Shown: positions 20,463 to 31,227 of the stretch, piece after piece
Numbering within the stretch: position 1 is the stretch's first letter
Layout: each line of letters begins with the position of its first letter
Origin: Candidatus Latescibacterota bacterium
GTDB taxonomy: Bacteria > Latescibacterota > UBA2968 > GCA-2709665
DNA: 64,000 nucleotides
NCBI GenBank assembly: GCA_965222075.1
Contig: OZ244937.1
Coordinates: forward strand, 5,248,001 to 5,312,000
Direction: 5' to 3'
Translations under genes and position numbers: made by a program
Notes under the pieces: model-generated
What the model was told of the DNA's origin: nothing
Seen by the model: only the letters and a program-made list of their open reading frames with translations
Database searches by the model: none

Positions 20463-22472
20463 ATGAAGCGGACGATTCGCAGGACGGCGATGCTGCATTT
20501 TGAGAAGGTGAGCTATTCTCGGGATTACGTCAAGTGGGTCAGTGAGGAGGGGTTTACCGATATCGGGTTGGGGCTGAAACCGGATGACAGGAAATTTGTC
20601 GGACAGGGATACGTATGGGAGCAGGTATGCCAGATGGGGGAGTGGGGCGCGGAGTTCGATCTGGGGCTGATCGTGTTTACGGGTTATATGAAGTACAGGG
20701 AGGAGTTCCTGAGGACCCACCCGGAACGGAGCCTGGTGTGTATTGGGGGCAGAGGTACGGCTCTCGACAGCGACAATATCGTGAGGACGAGGTGGCTCTG
20801 CCCGTTTCAGCCGGAGAACAAGGCGGAATACCTTGATCTGTTGAACAGGGTGATACAGCTGCCGTCGCTGCGGGAGATCCATCTGAACGATGAGGCGGAG
20901 ATCGGGTTTTCCAACGGGGACATCGGCTGTTATTGTGACCATTGTGTGTCGGAATACGAACGCGAATTCGGAGTTCCGCCGCCCCGGCAGGTCGACTGGG
21001 CATCGGAAGAATGGTGGGGGTGGGTGCAGCACCGGATGAAGGCCTGGACGGAGGTGCACGCCTATTTTCGAGCGGAGATCAAGAAGTCGCGTCCGGATGT
21101 TTCCGTAGGCATCCAGCATTCGCCCAAGGTGGTGTCGTTTGCAGAGAATCCCTGGCTGTCGGGGATTGACCTGTGCCGGGATGCGGTGGCCATGGATGTG
21201 CTGTGTACCGATCCATACCACCACATCCACTATCCGCACTTTACCTATCGTCCGATGCGACGGATTCTGGGAGAGGCGACCCGCGCGATGGCGGGGGCGA
21301 CCATCGCGCGTTCGCTGTTTATCTATCCCCAGGGTTTCATGCCGCCTTCAGGGAGCCTGGAGATAACGCACCGGGATGGATTTATGGCGGGGACGGTTCC
21401 TTTCGCGCTGGGCGCGGAGACGATCTCGCCCTATACGTTCGATCTGTGCCGGATTGTTCCCGGTTTCTATGAAGGACTGCAGGAGGCCAGGCGGCTGATC
21501 CCCTATTTTGAGAAGACCCGGCCCTATAGCGCTGTTACTGTGGTCAAACCCTCGCAGACGGAAATCTACGGGTACCCGGAGAAGCGCTGGGGACGGGAGG
21601 CGATCGCCGGCTGGCCGGATGTGATGAACCAGGTGGGGCTGCCCTGGCGGTGGGTGTTCGACCGACGGCTTCCCGATGCGAATGGAGCGCTGAGCGGTGC
21701 GGTGATTCTGCCGGAGACCCACTGTTTGACCCGGGAGCAGCGGGAAGCCTTAGACGCACACGCCGGGAACGGGCTGCTGTGGGTAGGGCGGACGCCGGTT
21801 GAGGACTGGTCCGGCGAAGGCGCCTGTCCGCCGCCGGAGGGAGAGACCGCCGGGCCTTCGGAGTTGAAGCCGGTCCGTTCCGACCATCCTTTGCTGGAAG
21901 GCGTTGCGCTTCCGATTATGCTGGGGTCGGCGTTTTCAGAGCCGGGGATTGAAGGGGAGACGATCGCCGAAGTGGAGGGGCGTCCGGGGCTGGTGGTGAG
22001 GGCGTCCAACGGTCGACGGGAGGTCTGGCTTGCAGGAACTCCGGTGTTCAATTACGTGGAGCCCGGAGATCACGGAGCAGTGCGTACTCCAACGGGTGGG
22101 ATGGCGCTGCTGCGCAACGCGCTGGGCTGGTTGTCGAACGAAGCTCCCAAGGCGCGGCTGTGGCCATACCCGCCGCACAACGATTATGGGGATGTGCGTC
22201 CCTGGGATCGGAGGGATGTGCCGACCATGGAGCTGTTTCCGATGGTGGGAGATGGCTGTCTGGTCTGTTTGATTTTCAACTATCTGGGGCTGGTCTACGA
22301 GACGAATCTGGTGATGCGTGTACCCCAGGGCGCGAGGGTCACGGCTCTGGTGGATATCTATACCGGAGAGGCTCTGTTGCATTCTGCACAGGTTGAGGGG
22401 CAGGAGGTCAGGCTGCCGGTGCAGATGCCGGGCGACAAGGAATTTTTGGCCGTTGAACTGCGGTGGGAATAA
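20463..22472 (+). CDS. Putative glycoside hydrolase (GH42-like TIM barrel plus trimerisation-like domain)
   Basis: LNDE, CYCDHC, TDPY and VILP motifs. Confidence 0.55.
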   Translation: MKRTIRRTAMLHFEKVSYSRDYVKWVSEEGFTDIGLGLKPDDRKFVGQGYVWEQVCQMGEWGAEFDLGLIVFTGYMKYREEFLRTHPERSLVCIGGRGTALDSDNIVRTRWLCPFQPENKAEYLDLLNRVIQLPSLREIHLNDEAEIGFSNGDIGCYCDHCVSEYEREFGVPPPRQVDWASEEWWGWVQHRMKAWTEVHAYFRAEIKKSRPDVSVGIQHSPKVVSFAENPWLSGIDLCRDAVAMDVLCTDPYHHIHYPHFTYRPMRRILGEATRAMAGATIARSLFIYPQGFMPPSGSLEITHRDGFMAGTVPFALGAETISPYTFDLCRIVPGFYEGLQEARRLIPYFEKTRPYSAVTVVKPSQTEIYGYPEKRWGREAIAGWPDVMNQVGLPWRWVFDRRLPDANGALSGAVILPETHCLTREQREALDAHAGNGLLWVGRTPVEDWSGEGACPPPEGETAGPSELKPVRSDHPLLEGVALPIMLGSAFSEPGIEGETIAEVEGRPGLVVRASNGRREVWLAGTPVFNYVEPGDHGAVRTPTGGMALLRNALGWLSNEAPKARLWPYPPHNDYGDVRPWDRRDVPTMELFPMVGDGCLVCLIFNYLGLVYETNLVMRVPQGARVTALVDIYTGEALLHSAQVEGQEVRLPVQMPGDKEFLAVELRWE

Positions 22473-22502
22473 CCGCTGGTTTCAGAAGGAAGGGATAGAT
22501 CC

Positions 22503-23348
22503 ATGTCCGAACGAGCCGATGCGCATATTCATCTGTTTGAGGGTGGGTACCAGGATTCCTTTGTGAAACGACTGGGCCGGCCGATCGATGAGGCGGTATG
22601 TTATGCTTCGCTGGCGGAGGATCACGGGGTAAAGGCCGCGCTTGTGGTTGCGTACGCTGACGTCCCCTGGGCAGCAGAGAATAACCGCTATCTGGCCCGG
22701 ATGGTGGCCCAGTACGATTGGGTTCGCCCCGTGGCCTATTACGATCCTGGAGAGCCGCCCACAACGGATGATCTGGAGCGGTTGAAGTCCGAGGGGTTTG
22801 TCGGGTTGAGCTTTTACATTTTCGGGCAGGAGCGGGTGGATGCGCTTCTGAGCATTTCGGACGAGGTCTGGTCGTGGCTGACTTCCAGGCAATGGCTGGT
22901 AAGTGTGAATTCAAAGGGGGGGGACTGGACTGCCTGGCAGACGATCCTGCAGCAGCATGGGGAATTGCGTCTGGTTGTGTCCCACCTGGGTCTGCCGCCA
23001 AAGGTGAGCGAACCGCCTACCGAAGCCGGGGCGAGAGAGGCGATGGCCAGTGTGCTGGCGCTGGCCGGGTTTCCACAGTCACGGGTGAAGCTGAGCGGTT
23101 TCTACGCGATGACCGATCCGGGTCACGATTATCCGCATCGGGCGACGTGGCCTTATGTGGAAGCCCTGATGGAGGCGTTTGGTGTTGAGCGTTTGCTCTG
23201 GGCGTCGGATTTCTCGCCGTGTCTGGACTGGCTGACGTTTCCGCAGACTTTCGGGCTGTTTTCCAGGATGCCGTTTTTGAGTGAGGCGGATCGGGAACGG
23301 ATCGAGGGGTCCAACCTTCTGGCGTTGCTGGATGAGGTTGTGGTGTGA
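22503..23348 (+). CDS. Amidohydrolase_2 family protein
   Basis: DAHIH, SHLGLP, VKLSG and RLLWASDF motifs. Confidence 0.85.
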   Translation: MSERADAHIHLFEGGYQDSFVKRLGRPIDEAVCYASLAEDHGVKAALVVAYADVPWAAENNRYLARMVAQYDWVRPVAYYDPGEPPTTDDLERLKSEGFVGLSFYIFGQERVDALLSISDEVWSWLTSRQWLVSVNSKGGDWTAWQTILQQHGELRLVVSHLGLPPKVSEPPTEAGAREAMASVLALAGFPQSRVKLSGFYAMTDPGHDYPHRATWPYVEALMEAFGVERLLWASDFSPCLDWLTFPQTFGLFSRMPFLSEADRERIEGSNLLALLDEVVV

Positions 23349-24694
23349 TCGTCAAGGAAGGAGCGTTTGAGATGAGCAGCGATTTGCGGCAGGCGCGGCT
23401 GTTGTGGGAAGTGGACGTGGATGGATTCGGCGGGGATGAGCTTTTTGTGACGGATCTGAACGGCGATGGGGAGCCGGAGCTCCTCATGCGACAAAGTGCG
23501 GGAGGCGGACGAGCAGAATTCGTGTTCCGGAGGTTTGGGCCGAGGGGTATGTACACCGAAGAAGAGAGACATTTGAACTGTATCTCAGCCGTTGACCTGA
23601 AGGGAAATCTGCTCTGGCAGGTGGGAGAAGCCCACCAGGGAGAACATCCCTACTTCTGCCACGGGAGCGCCGGTTTTGCGTTTGCCTGTCTGGAGGGAGA
23701 TGCGCTGCCCGACGTTCTGGCCGTGGTGTGGGATGTGCTGACCGTTCTGGATGGGCGCTCCGGAGCGGTGAAGGCCGAGTTGAAGGTGCCCACGGACAAT
23801 TTCAACACTATCGTGTCTGTGAACCTTCGGGGTGATCCGACCCGCCAGCAGTTGCTGGTGAAAGCCGGAGGACGTGCGTACCCGCCCTACAGACCGGGGA
23901 ATCCGACCTTCGTGCTGGACAGTGACCTGTCGGAGCTGTGGGTGGAGACGGACTACCCGTGCGTGGGTTGCCGTCCGGTTGTTCTGGATCTGGACAATGA
24001 CGGGTGTGAGGAGATTCTGGTCGGAAGCTGCCTGGTGGACCACGACGGCCAGCGCCTCTGGACGCTTTTGGGGGTGGATCCCGAGAAGGAGCATGTGGAC
24101 CATGTCAATCCCGTGGGTTTGAAGGGAGACGGACAGATTCAGCTCGCCTACGCCGTCGACGGCGGCGATTTTTTGCTCGTTGATACACAGGGAGAAGAGA
24201 TCTGGAGACGGGAACACCGGCATTCCCAGAGTTCGATCGCCGGCCGGTTCCGAAGCGATGTGGAAGGATTGGCCATTGTTCTGACCGAGAAGTGGATCGG
24301 AATGACATGCTACACGCCGGAAGGACACAGGCTGTGGAACAAGGAGGGCGTGGGATACGGCCGGCGAACGGTGTTGGGCTGGGGCGAGGACGGGCTGGAT
24401 CTGATTCTTTACGAGCCGCATTTGCTCAAGGGGAGGGATGCGTGTCCTTACCACAGCGTGCCGGAGGAGACCCGCAACTTCTGGCCCTACCTGATTGATG
24501 GGGAAGGAAACCGGGTGATGGAGCTGCCCTGGAAGGAAGACTACGTCCAGCCCAGACAGCTTATCCGGGGTTTTCGGGCATACGATTACGGCATTGTGTT
24601 CCACAACCAGGTGATGGACCTGGACGGGGACGGCCGGGATGAGGTGGTTGTGTGGGACCGGCGGCGGGTGATGGCGTTCGGGGCGCCTGATTGA
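23345..24694 (+). CDS. FG-GAP / PL11-like beta-propeller protein, distant paralog
   Basis: DLNGDGEPE, LLWQVGE, DLDNDGCEE, HVD and DLDGDGRDE motifs. Confidence 0.65.
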   Translation: MIVKEGAFEMSSDLRQARLLWEVDVDGFGGDELFVTDLNGDGEPELLMRQSAGGGRAEFVFRRFGPRGMYTEEERHLNCISAVDLKGNLLWQVGEAHQGEHPYFCHGSAGFAFACLEGDALPDVLAVVWDVLTVLDGRSGAVKAELKVPTDNFNTIVSVNLRGDPTRQQLLVKAGGRAYPPYRPGNPTFVLDSDLSELWVETDYPCVGCRPVVLDLDNDGCEEILVGSCLVDHDGQRLWTLLGVDPEKEHVDHVNPVGLKGDGQIQLAYAVDGGDFLLVDTQGEEIWRREHRHSQSSIAGRFRSDVEGLAIVLTEKWIGMTCYTPEGHRLWNKEGVGYGRRTVLGWGEDGLDLILYEPHLLKGRDACPYHSVPEETRNFWPYLIDGEGNRVMELPWKEDYVQPRQLIRGFRAYDYGIVFHNQVMDLDGDGRDEVVVWDRRRVMAFGAPD

Positions 24695-24706
24695 AGGGAG
24701 GGTTTT

Positions 24707-25564
24707 ATGGTTAAACTCGTCTGCCTGACGCTGCCCTATGTGAGGGAGAAGCTCCCGCTGGAGCGGGCGGTTGAGGGAATCGCCGGTGCGGGCTACCGGT
24801 ACATCGGCGTCGGCTGGGAGCGTCGGAGCGAAGATGTCCTGGGGCACGATCCCGAAGCGCGCGTGATGAGCCGCTGCCGCGAACTGTGCGGGGAAGCCGG
24901 ACTCACGCCTCTGGTGGTCTCGGGTACCGGGATTGGACCGCCGGGTCGGGTGCAGAAGCTGAAGGGGCGGATTGATGTTGCAAAGGCTCTTGGCGCCGAA
25001 GTGATCCAGATGGCTGGCGTGGGGTCCTACAAGAGGTTTCCAGACAAGCTCCTGGACTCCTCGGAATTCCAGGAGGCCCACCGGGCCTACGTCGCCGACC
25101 TGAAAGCGGTCGGCCCCCACGCCGAGCAGGCGGGGGTTGTGCTGGCCCTCAAACCCCACACCGGGAATACGGCCACGGCGAAACACCTCGCACAGCTCCT
25201 GCCTGAAATCGACTCCCCCGCTGTCCGGGCCTGCTACGATCCGGGAAATGTCCACTTCTACGAGGGCATCTCGCCTGAGGAGGATTTTCCCCTGATTGCA
25301 GATCAAACTTACGAAATCGTCGCCAAAGACCACAGGGGCGCCCGTGCAGAAAGTGATTTTCCAGTGCCCGGAGAGGGGGATGTGGATTTCAACCGGATTT
25401 TTACCACGGCCCGCCAGGCGGGTTTCAGTGGCCCGGTGATTGTTGAGCGGGCCGACGGGACCGGTGGGTCTTTCAGCCCCGAAGAGGTAGACGCCCGCAT
25501 CTTACAGGCCCGACGCAGCCTGGAGAAAATGCTCAGAGAATCCGGTCTGGAAGTAGAGGCATAA
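24707..25564 (+). CDS. Sugar phosphate isomerase/epimerase
   Basis: KPH, YDPGN, AKD, PGEGDVDF and VER motifs. Confidence 0.8.
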   Translation: MVKLVCLTLPYVREKLPLERAVEGIAGAGYRYIGVGWERRSEDVLGHDPEARVMSRCRELCGEAGLTPLVVSGTGIGPPGRVQKLKGRIDVAKALGAEVIQMAGVGSYKRFPDKLLDSSEFQEAHRAYVADLKAVGPHAEQAGVVLALKPHTGNTATAKHLAQLLPEIDSPAVRACYDPGNVHFYEGISPEEDFPLIADQTYEIVAKDHRGARAESDFPVPGEGDVDFNRIFTTARQAGFSGPVIVERADGTGGSFSPEEVDARILQARRSLEKMLRESGLEVEA

Positions 25565-25592
25565 TGGAAACGACTCCAGGAACGAGGTGACC

Positions 25593-26594
25593 ATGGCGAA
25601 TGACAAAATTCTGAGGGCAGGTCTCGTCGGTTGTGGTGGGCTGGGCAGGCGCCATGCGAAGAACGCCGACGGGATAGAAGGCGTGCAGGTTGCCGCAGTC
25701 TGCGATTTTTACCAGGCATCTGCCCAGGAGTTGGCAGCCGGGCTGACCTCGAAACCGGCTGCGTACTCGGATCACCGAAAGATGCTGGCGGAGCAGGACC
25801 TGGACGCTGTTCTTGTCGTGACCCCTAACTACACCCACAGCGAAATCACCATTGACGCTGCGAACGCCGGCGTCCACGTTTTCTGCGAAAAACCGATGGC
25901 CCTCACCGTTGAAGACTGCGACGCCATGATCGACGCGGCCGAACGGGCCGGGGTCTTCCTGATGATCGGGTACGTGCTGCGCTTCTATGCGGCCAACAAA
26001 GAGATGAAGCGGCAGATCGATTCCGGAGCGATCGGTGAAGTGCGCATGGCGCACGCCCTCCGCCTGGGCACCGGACCTCCCGGGGGCGTACAGGGCTGGC
26101 AGAAAAAGCGGGACCAGTACGGGGGCCTCTTCTCACTTTACAGCCACCAGCTGGATCTGCTTGCGTGGATGGCAGGGGAGATTGCGTCCGTCAGCGCGGT
26201 GATGCGCTACGGTGATGATCCGGAAAATGAAATCGAAGAGAACATCTTTATCGGGCTTGAGTTCGCAAACGGCGCGGTGGGGACCCTGGGGTGCAGTCGG
26301 ATTTATCCGGTCGGCGGTGGGGAATTCGGCGTGGCCGGTACGGAGGGTGCCATCAAAAGCGCGGGTTCCGGAGGACCTGTTATTTCAACGAAAAAGGGCG
26401 AGTCGGTTGCAATTGAGGTTCCCCGGAACGACGGCCTTCTGGACGAACTGGTCTGTTTTTTCGGCTGTATCCGCGAGGGCAGAAAACCCGAATCGGACGG
26501 GATCGCCGGCCGCCGCGTGATCGCCGTGGCCCTGGCCGCACACGAGTCCGCCAGGACGGGCAGGCGGGTCGAGGTACCGCATCCGAGACCATGA
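25593..26594 (+). CDS. Gfo/Idh/MocA oxidoreductase
   Basis: GCGGLG, TPNYTH, CEKPMA and HQLD motifs. Confidence 0.9.
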   Translation: MANDKILRAGLVGCGGLGRRHAKNADGIEGVQVAAVCDFYQASAQELAAGLTSKPAAYSDHRKMLAEQDLDAVLVVTPNYTHSEITIDAANAGVHVFCEKPMALTVEDCDAMIDAAERAGVFLMIGYVLRFYAANKEMKRQIDSGAIGEVRMAHALRLGTGPPGGVQGWQKKRDQYGGLFSLYSHQLDLLAWMAGEIASVSAVMRYGDDPENEIEENIFIGLEFANGAVGTLGCSRIYPVGGGEFGVAGTEGAIKSAGSGGPVISTKKGESVAIEVPRNDGLLDELVCFFGCIREGRKPESDGIAGRRVIAVALAAHESARTGRRVEVPHPRP

Positions 26595-26663
26595 GGTCCG
26601 GTATCCGGTATTCTGTTACACGCCGCCAAAGGCGGCTCAACGACACGCATAAGAGGATATCCT

Positions 26664-27620
26664 ATGGAAGTCGCACCCGGCATCCACCGCATCGAGGTTC
26701 CCTTAGGCGACCGCTTCGTCTGCTTCTATCTGCTTGTCGGCGATCTGTGTGCCCTGCTCGTTGACACCGGCCTGGACGACTCCCCGAGGGCGTATCTGGC
26801 GCCCTATCTTGACAGAATCGGCCTGGCGCCGGAAAAGATCCGTTATGTAGTCAACACCCACGCCGACTTCGACCACACGGCCGGCAACGCCTCCGTGCGT
26901 GAGCTGGCTCCCGGCGCCTGTTTCATGTGTCACGGTCTGGACCGGACCATGGTGGAAGATGTCGAGCGTATGATCTCTGATCGCTACGGGGAGTTCGCAA
27001 AGGACCACGGCATTGCCGACAGTGACGAGACCAGGGACTTCATCCGTTCCTCGACGCGCCACATCCCGATTGACGTTACCCTCTCCGGGGGCGAGGCGAT
27101 CCGCCTGGGCGCCGACTGGCGCGTCGAAGTCTGGCATACGCCCGGCCATTCTTGGGGCCACCTGAGTCTCTACGATCCGCGCGGCCACAACTTGATCATC
27201 GCCGACGCCACCCTCTACAATGCCGTGCTGCGCGCCGACGGCGGCCAGGCCTTCCCGCCCACCTACCGCTATGTGGACACCTATGTCGCCTCCATGCAAC
27301 GGTTTATGGGTGTCAGGCCCAATTTGCTGCTCACCAGCCACTACCCGGTCTACACGGGCGCCGGCATTGCCGAGTTTCTGCACGAGAGCCGCGCGTACGT
27401 GGATCGTGTCAACCAGGTTCTGTGCGACTCGCTTGAGGGTGAGCCGTGCACCCTGAAGGAACTTACCGAGATTCTCGGTCCCGAACTGGGTGAGTGGCCC
27501 GCCGAGGCCCATACCTACCTTTGTTTCCCGCTGATGGGCCATCTGGAGCGTCTGGTCCAGTACGGCGCTGTAGAGATGGGACGACGAGACGGGCTGGTGA
27601 CATATAGACTGAAAGACTGA
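26664..27620 (+). CDS. MBL-fold metallohydrolase
   Basis: VDTG, THADFDH, TPGHSWGH and TSH motifs. Confidence 0.85.
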   Translation: MEVAPGIHRIEVPLGDRFVCFYLLVGDLCALLVDTGLDDSPRAYLAPYLDRIGLAPEKIRYVVNTHADFDHTAGNASVRELAPGACFMCHGLDRTMVEDVERMISDRYGEFAKDHGIADSDETRDFIRSSTRHIPIDVTLSGGEAIRLGADWRVEVWHTPGHSWGHLSLYDPRGHNLIIADATLYNAVLRADGGQAFPPTYRYVDTYVASMQRFMGVRPNLLLTSHYPVYTGAGIAEFLHESRAYVDRVNQVLCDSLEGEPCTLKELTEILGPELGEWPAEAHTYLCFPLMGHLERLVQYGAVEMGRRDGLVTYRLKD

Positions 27621-27648
27621 AAAGGCGGATAAGAGGGGACAGGAGGGA

Positions 27649-28512
27649 ATGTTGCGTCGGTTCAAGGTCGGCCTGCTTCAGGGGGTGTTCCGGAGTGCGT
27701 TTAAGGAGACGATTCCGGAGGTCGCACGGGTTGCGCGCCCACAGGCAAAGATGGGTCCGGAGGATTTTCGGTACAACCACGGGCTGTTGATTTCGCTGGC
27801 CCGGGAGGCAGCCGGTAAGGGGGCGGATCTGGTCCTGGGGCCGGAGAGTTACCTGGACGGCTGGTCCGCGCGTCCCGATCTCTTACAGGCGGTTGCCACG
27901 ACGATTCCGGGACCGGAGGTGGACGAGCTCTGCGCGACCGCCGAGGCGCTGGGAGTCTGGATGTGCGCAGGGCTGTTCGAGCGGAAGGGGCGAGATATTT
28001 ACAACTCGGTGGTGCTGCTGTCGTCCGGAGGAAGGATCGAAGGGATTTACCGCAAGACGCATGAGACGGCGGGCGTTCTGGAGGATATGCCCTACACGCT
28101 GGGCGATGCGCTGCCGGTATTCGAGACACCCTGGGGGACGCTGGGCATCCTGGTGTGCCACGACCGATGGTACCCCGAGGCGGTGCGTACGCTTCGGGGC
28201 AAGGGGGCCGGGGTGGTTCTCAACCCGGTTGCCGCTGCTGCGTTTTCACCCTATCATCCCTACTCGGATATCCATCGGTGCGTCCTGCGGGCACACGCCT
28301 ACCAGAACGCGCTGTTCTGGATCAGTTGCAATGGTGCGAACCACGGCGGACACAGCCTGGTTGTGGCGCCGGACGGACGCCTTGTAGCGGAGGCTTCGGG
28401 CGAACAGGAGGTTCCGGTTGTCGATCTGGATCCCGACGCCTATGGGGGGTACGATTTCGTGTCGAATCTGAGGGTGGATCTCTATGCTTTCCCACAGAGA
28501 CGGGAGCGCTGA
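27649..28512 (+). CDS. Carbon-nitrogen hydrolase (nitrilase superfamily)
   Basis: E-K-C triad: GPES, YRKTH, LVCHDRWYPE. Confidence 0.85.
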   Translation: MLRRFKVGLLQGVFRSAFKETIPEVARVARPQAKMGPEDFRYNHGLLISLAREAAGKGADLVLGPESYLDGWSARPDLLQAVATTIPGPEVDELCATAEALGVWMCAGLFERKGRDIYNSVVLLSSGGRIEGIYRKTHETAGVLEDMPYTLGDALPVFETPWGTLGILVCHDRWYPEAVRTLRGKGAGVVLNPVAAAAFSPYHPYSDIHRCVLRAHAYQNALFWISCNGANHGGHSLVVAPDGRLVAEASGEQEVPVVDLDPDAYGGYDFVSNLRVDLYAFPQRRER

Positions 28513-28626
28513 GCCACTGGAGGTGCGGCTGCCGGGCCAGTACTGCGGAGACTGCGACCGTCGTGCGCCGCGACGCCCTGGGAGGAGGTTGTTCCGGCGA
28601 GCCTGCCCAAAGGTAAAGAGGAGGGG

Positions 28627-28695
28627 ATGGCCCGGCGTATTGAGATCAAGCTTGAGAAACGGGGTGTGCGCTGCGCTTCGGAAGCGACGGTCTGA
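28627..28695 (+). pseudogene. N-terminal remnant of a DUF3830 paralog
   Basis: MARRIEIKLEKRGVRC* with a GAGG RBS matches MARCIEIKFEKRGVSC at 29860. Confidence 0.7.
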
Positions 28696-28735
28696 AAACG
28701 GCTGTAGAGAGAAGGACAGAACACGGGAGAGAGCG

Positions 28736-29810
28736 ATGATTGCGGAATTTGAGGTGAAGGGAGCGCCCTTCCAGCGGGGCGAACAGATCGGGCGTCGGTT
28801 CAAGGCGCAGATACAGGGCACGCTTGTCCAACTGTCTGAGGATGAGGAAATTCGGAGGCGTCAGATCCCCCTGTTAGAGGCGATGCGCGGCTATTTGGAA
28901 GAGGCGTTCCCGGAGATCCCCGAACAGATACGGGGCATCGCCAGGGGTGCGGAGATTTCGGATGATGCCGCGTTTTTGAAAAACACGTACAATGCCGTGG
29001 GGCCTGCGCTGCGTGATGATCTCGCATGCAGCAGCGTGGCCTTTGCGACCAGCGACGTGGGGCCCTATCCTCGGGAAGACCGACGACGGGGGATTTCGCC
29101 CGGGACAGAATCGTTCGGACGGGTTGACGATTCTGACGATTCGTTCGGATGAGGGATACGATGTGCTCTGCGTGAACCAGGTCGGGACGGTGTGGTCGGA
29201 GTGCGGGGTGAACGAGAAGGGGCTGTGCATGGGAACGAATTCGGGGCATCCAACCATGCGGGGGCAGGACGGACGCGGTGTGCCCCAGCACATTGTACCC
29301 CGGCTTGTGTTACGCCGGTGCGCAAATGTGAAGGAGGGCGTCGATTTTCTCAAGTGTACGCCTTTGACAGGCAAGGGGATCAATATTGTGCTGGCCGATG
29401 CGGAGGGGAATGCGGCTGCCACGGAGAATGCCTGTACCATGCACGGGGTACGGGAGCCGGAGGATGGGGTTGTGTTCTCGACGAACCATTATTTCGCCGA
29501 GGAGATGCAGGCGGAGGCGTGGAGATGGGATCCGAAGTTTATCCGTTCGCGATACTTTCAGAACTCTCTGAACCGGATCGCGCACCTTTACGGACGATTT
29601 GGAGATGGTAAGAGAAGGCTGACGTTTCAGGATATGAAGGCGGTTCTGATGGATGAACACAATCCAGGCGGGCTGTGCCAGCGTCCTGAGAATAACGAGT
29701 CGAATATGGCCACGAATTTTGGCGTGATTCTGGTGTGTCGCGAGCGCGAGATGTGGCTGAATGAAGGGCCGCCGTCCCTGGACCGGTTCGAGCGGTACGG
29801 GTTGAGTTGA
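28736..29810 (+). pseudogene. Peptidase C45 (acyltransferase-like Ntn hydrolase) split by a +1 frameshift
   Basis: ACSSVAFATSDVG continues as PILGKTDD and GVNEKGL in another frame. There is one extra G in GTGGGGCCC at ~29059-29062, which may be a sequencing error. Confidence 0.75.
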
Positions 29811-29859
29811 GGCGCTGGTTAGCGCGGTAAGCGTAATCGTATTGACGAGGGGGACCCAG

Positions 29860-30336
29860 ATGGCTCGATGTATTGAGATAAAGTTCGAGAAGCGCGGTGT
29901 GAGTTGCGTTGCGGAATTGCTGGATGATCTCGCGCCCAGGACGTGTGAAGCGATATGGCAGTCCCTGCCGCAGGGAGACCAGGCCTATCACGCCAGGTTT
30001 GCACAACACGAGGTCTACACCCTGGTACGTCCCTTTGCAGAGGCAGAGCCAGGCGTTGAAAACCCGTGTATTATTCCGATCCCGGGCGACGTGCTCTATT
30101 TCTTTTTTCCACCCGGCGTGGTTTACGTACAGGAGGCCGCCTGCAGCACGGGGGTGGTGGACCTTGCGGTTTTCTACGGACGGGACAACTTCCTCTTCTC
30201 GCCTATTACCGGTCCCTGCCCCGGCAACCGCTTTGCAACGATTACGGAGAATTTCGAGGAGATGGCGCAGGCCTGCGATAACGTCTGGCGCGAGGGGTTC
30301 GCAGGTGAGAAGCTGATTTTCAGCCGTGTGGAATAG
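29860..30336 (+). CDS. DUF3830 family (cyclophilin-like fold) protein
   Basis: LLDDLAPRTC, HAR, ENP..IPIPGD and DLAVFYGR motifs. Confidence 0.8.
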   Translation: MARCIEIKFEKRGVSCVAELLDDLAPRTCEAIWQSLPQGDQAYHARFAQHEVYTLVRPFAEAEPGVENPCIIPIPGDVLYFFFPPGVVYVQEAACSTGVVDLAVFYGRDNFLFSPITGPCPGNRFATITENFEEMAQACDNVWREGFAGEKLIFSRVE

Positions 30337-30382
30337 AAAAACCGGCACGCTGGATTGCTCTTGCCGGGGTTGGCAATCCGGA

Positions 30383-31135
30383 TCAGTCCGGTAAGGGCAG
30401 CTGCATCAACTGCCCCATGCCGGGAATGTCGTCTGAAATCCCCGACAGGCGGAGGGCATGCCACATGGTGGCCTGGTTCGCGGCTATGACAGGAGCGCCC
30501 AGGTCTCTTTCGAGGAGCTCAATCAGATCCAGGTCGAAAAAGTCCGTACAGGGGACGACGACTCCTTCCGCACCCGGAGACCACGCGCGTTTCACCAGGG
30601 AGTACTGAGTTTCTCGATCCACTCGAGCCACCAGGGGAAACATGTCGGCTTCTGAAAACTCCAGGGCTTCAAGACGGAGCACTTCAGCTTTGTGCACGGT
30701 CAAGAATTCGACGAGAGGATCGTTGACATCGTCCCTGTAGGGACTGGCCACCACCACACGGGTGAGGCGCAATGCGGTCAGTGCGGCCAGGATGGCGGTA
30801 GAGGTGGTGGAGGCGGGCACGCCGGCGGCTTTTGACATGGCGGATACCTGGGCCTGATCGCCGCCGGACCCGAACAGAAAGCTGCCGGAGGTGTCGGCCC
30901 AGGTGACACACGAGGGGCCCACGCCGGCCAGCAGGCGCGCTGCATGCTCCAGGTTGGAAGTTTCGCTCATGCTTTTTATATCGTCTGCCGTGCCGGTTCC
31001 GACCCACACGACCCGATATATGTGAACGGATACTCCCGGGGGGGCCATCCGGTAAAAGTCATGGTCCTTCAGGCCGGTACTGGGGTAAATGATACCGATC
31101 CGGGCTCTCCAGCCATACATATTATTTATCCTCAT
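30383..31135 (-). CDS. Maleate isomerase / arylmalonate decarboxylase-like (Asp/Glu racemase superfamily)
   Basis: GWRARIGIIYPS, ADTSGSF, ASPY, VPCTD and ANQATMW motifs. Confidence 0.8.
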   Translation of the reverse strand: MRINNMYGWRARIGIIYPSTGLKDHDFYRMAPPGVSVHIYRVVWVGTGTADDIKSMSETSNLEHAARLLAGVGPSCVTWADTSGSFLFGSGGDQAQVSAMSKAAGVPASTTSTAILAALTALRLTRVVVASPYRDDVNDPLVEFLTVHKAEVLRLEALEFSEADMFPLVARVDRETQYSLVKRAWSPGAEGVVVPCTDFFDLDLIELLERDLGAPVIAANQATMWHALRLSGISDDIPGMGQLMQLPLPD

Positions 31136-31227
31136 TCCGTAAGGTTGTCATTTCTGGTGGACCGCCCTAATTTACCTTCGTCTGGTGCGGTGATCAAGGG
31201 AAATTACATACAGGAAGGAGAATCGCC

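Noticed and set aside
29055-29070. Programmed frameshift or phase variation in the C45 gene
   Set aside because: Only a G4 run with no slippery heptamer; mutation or sequencing error is more likely.
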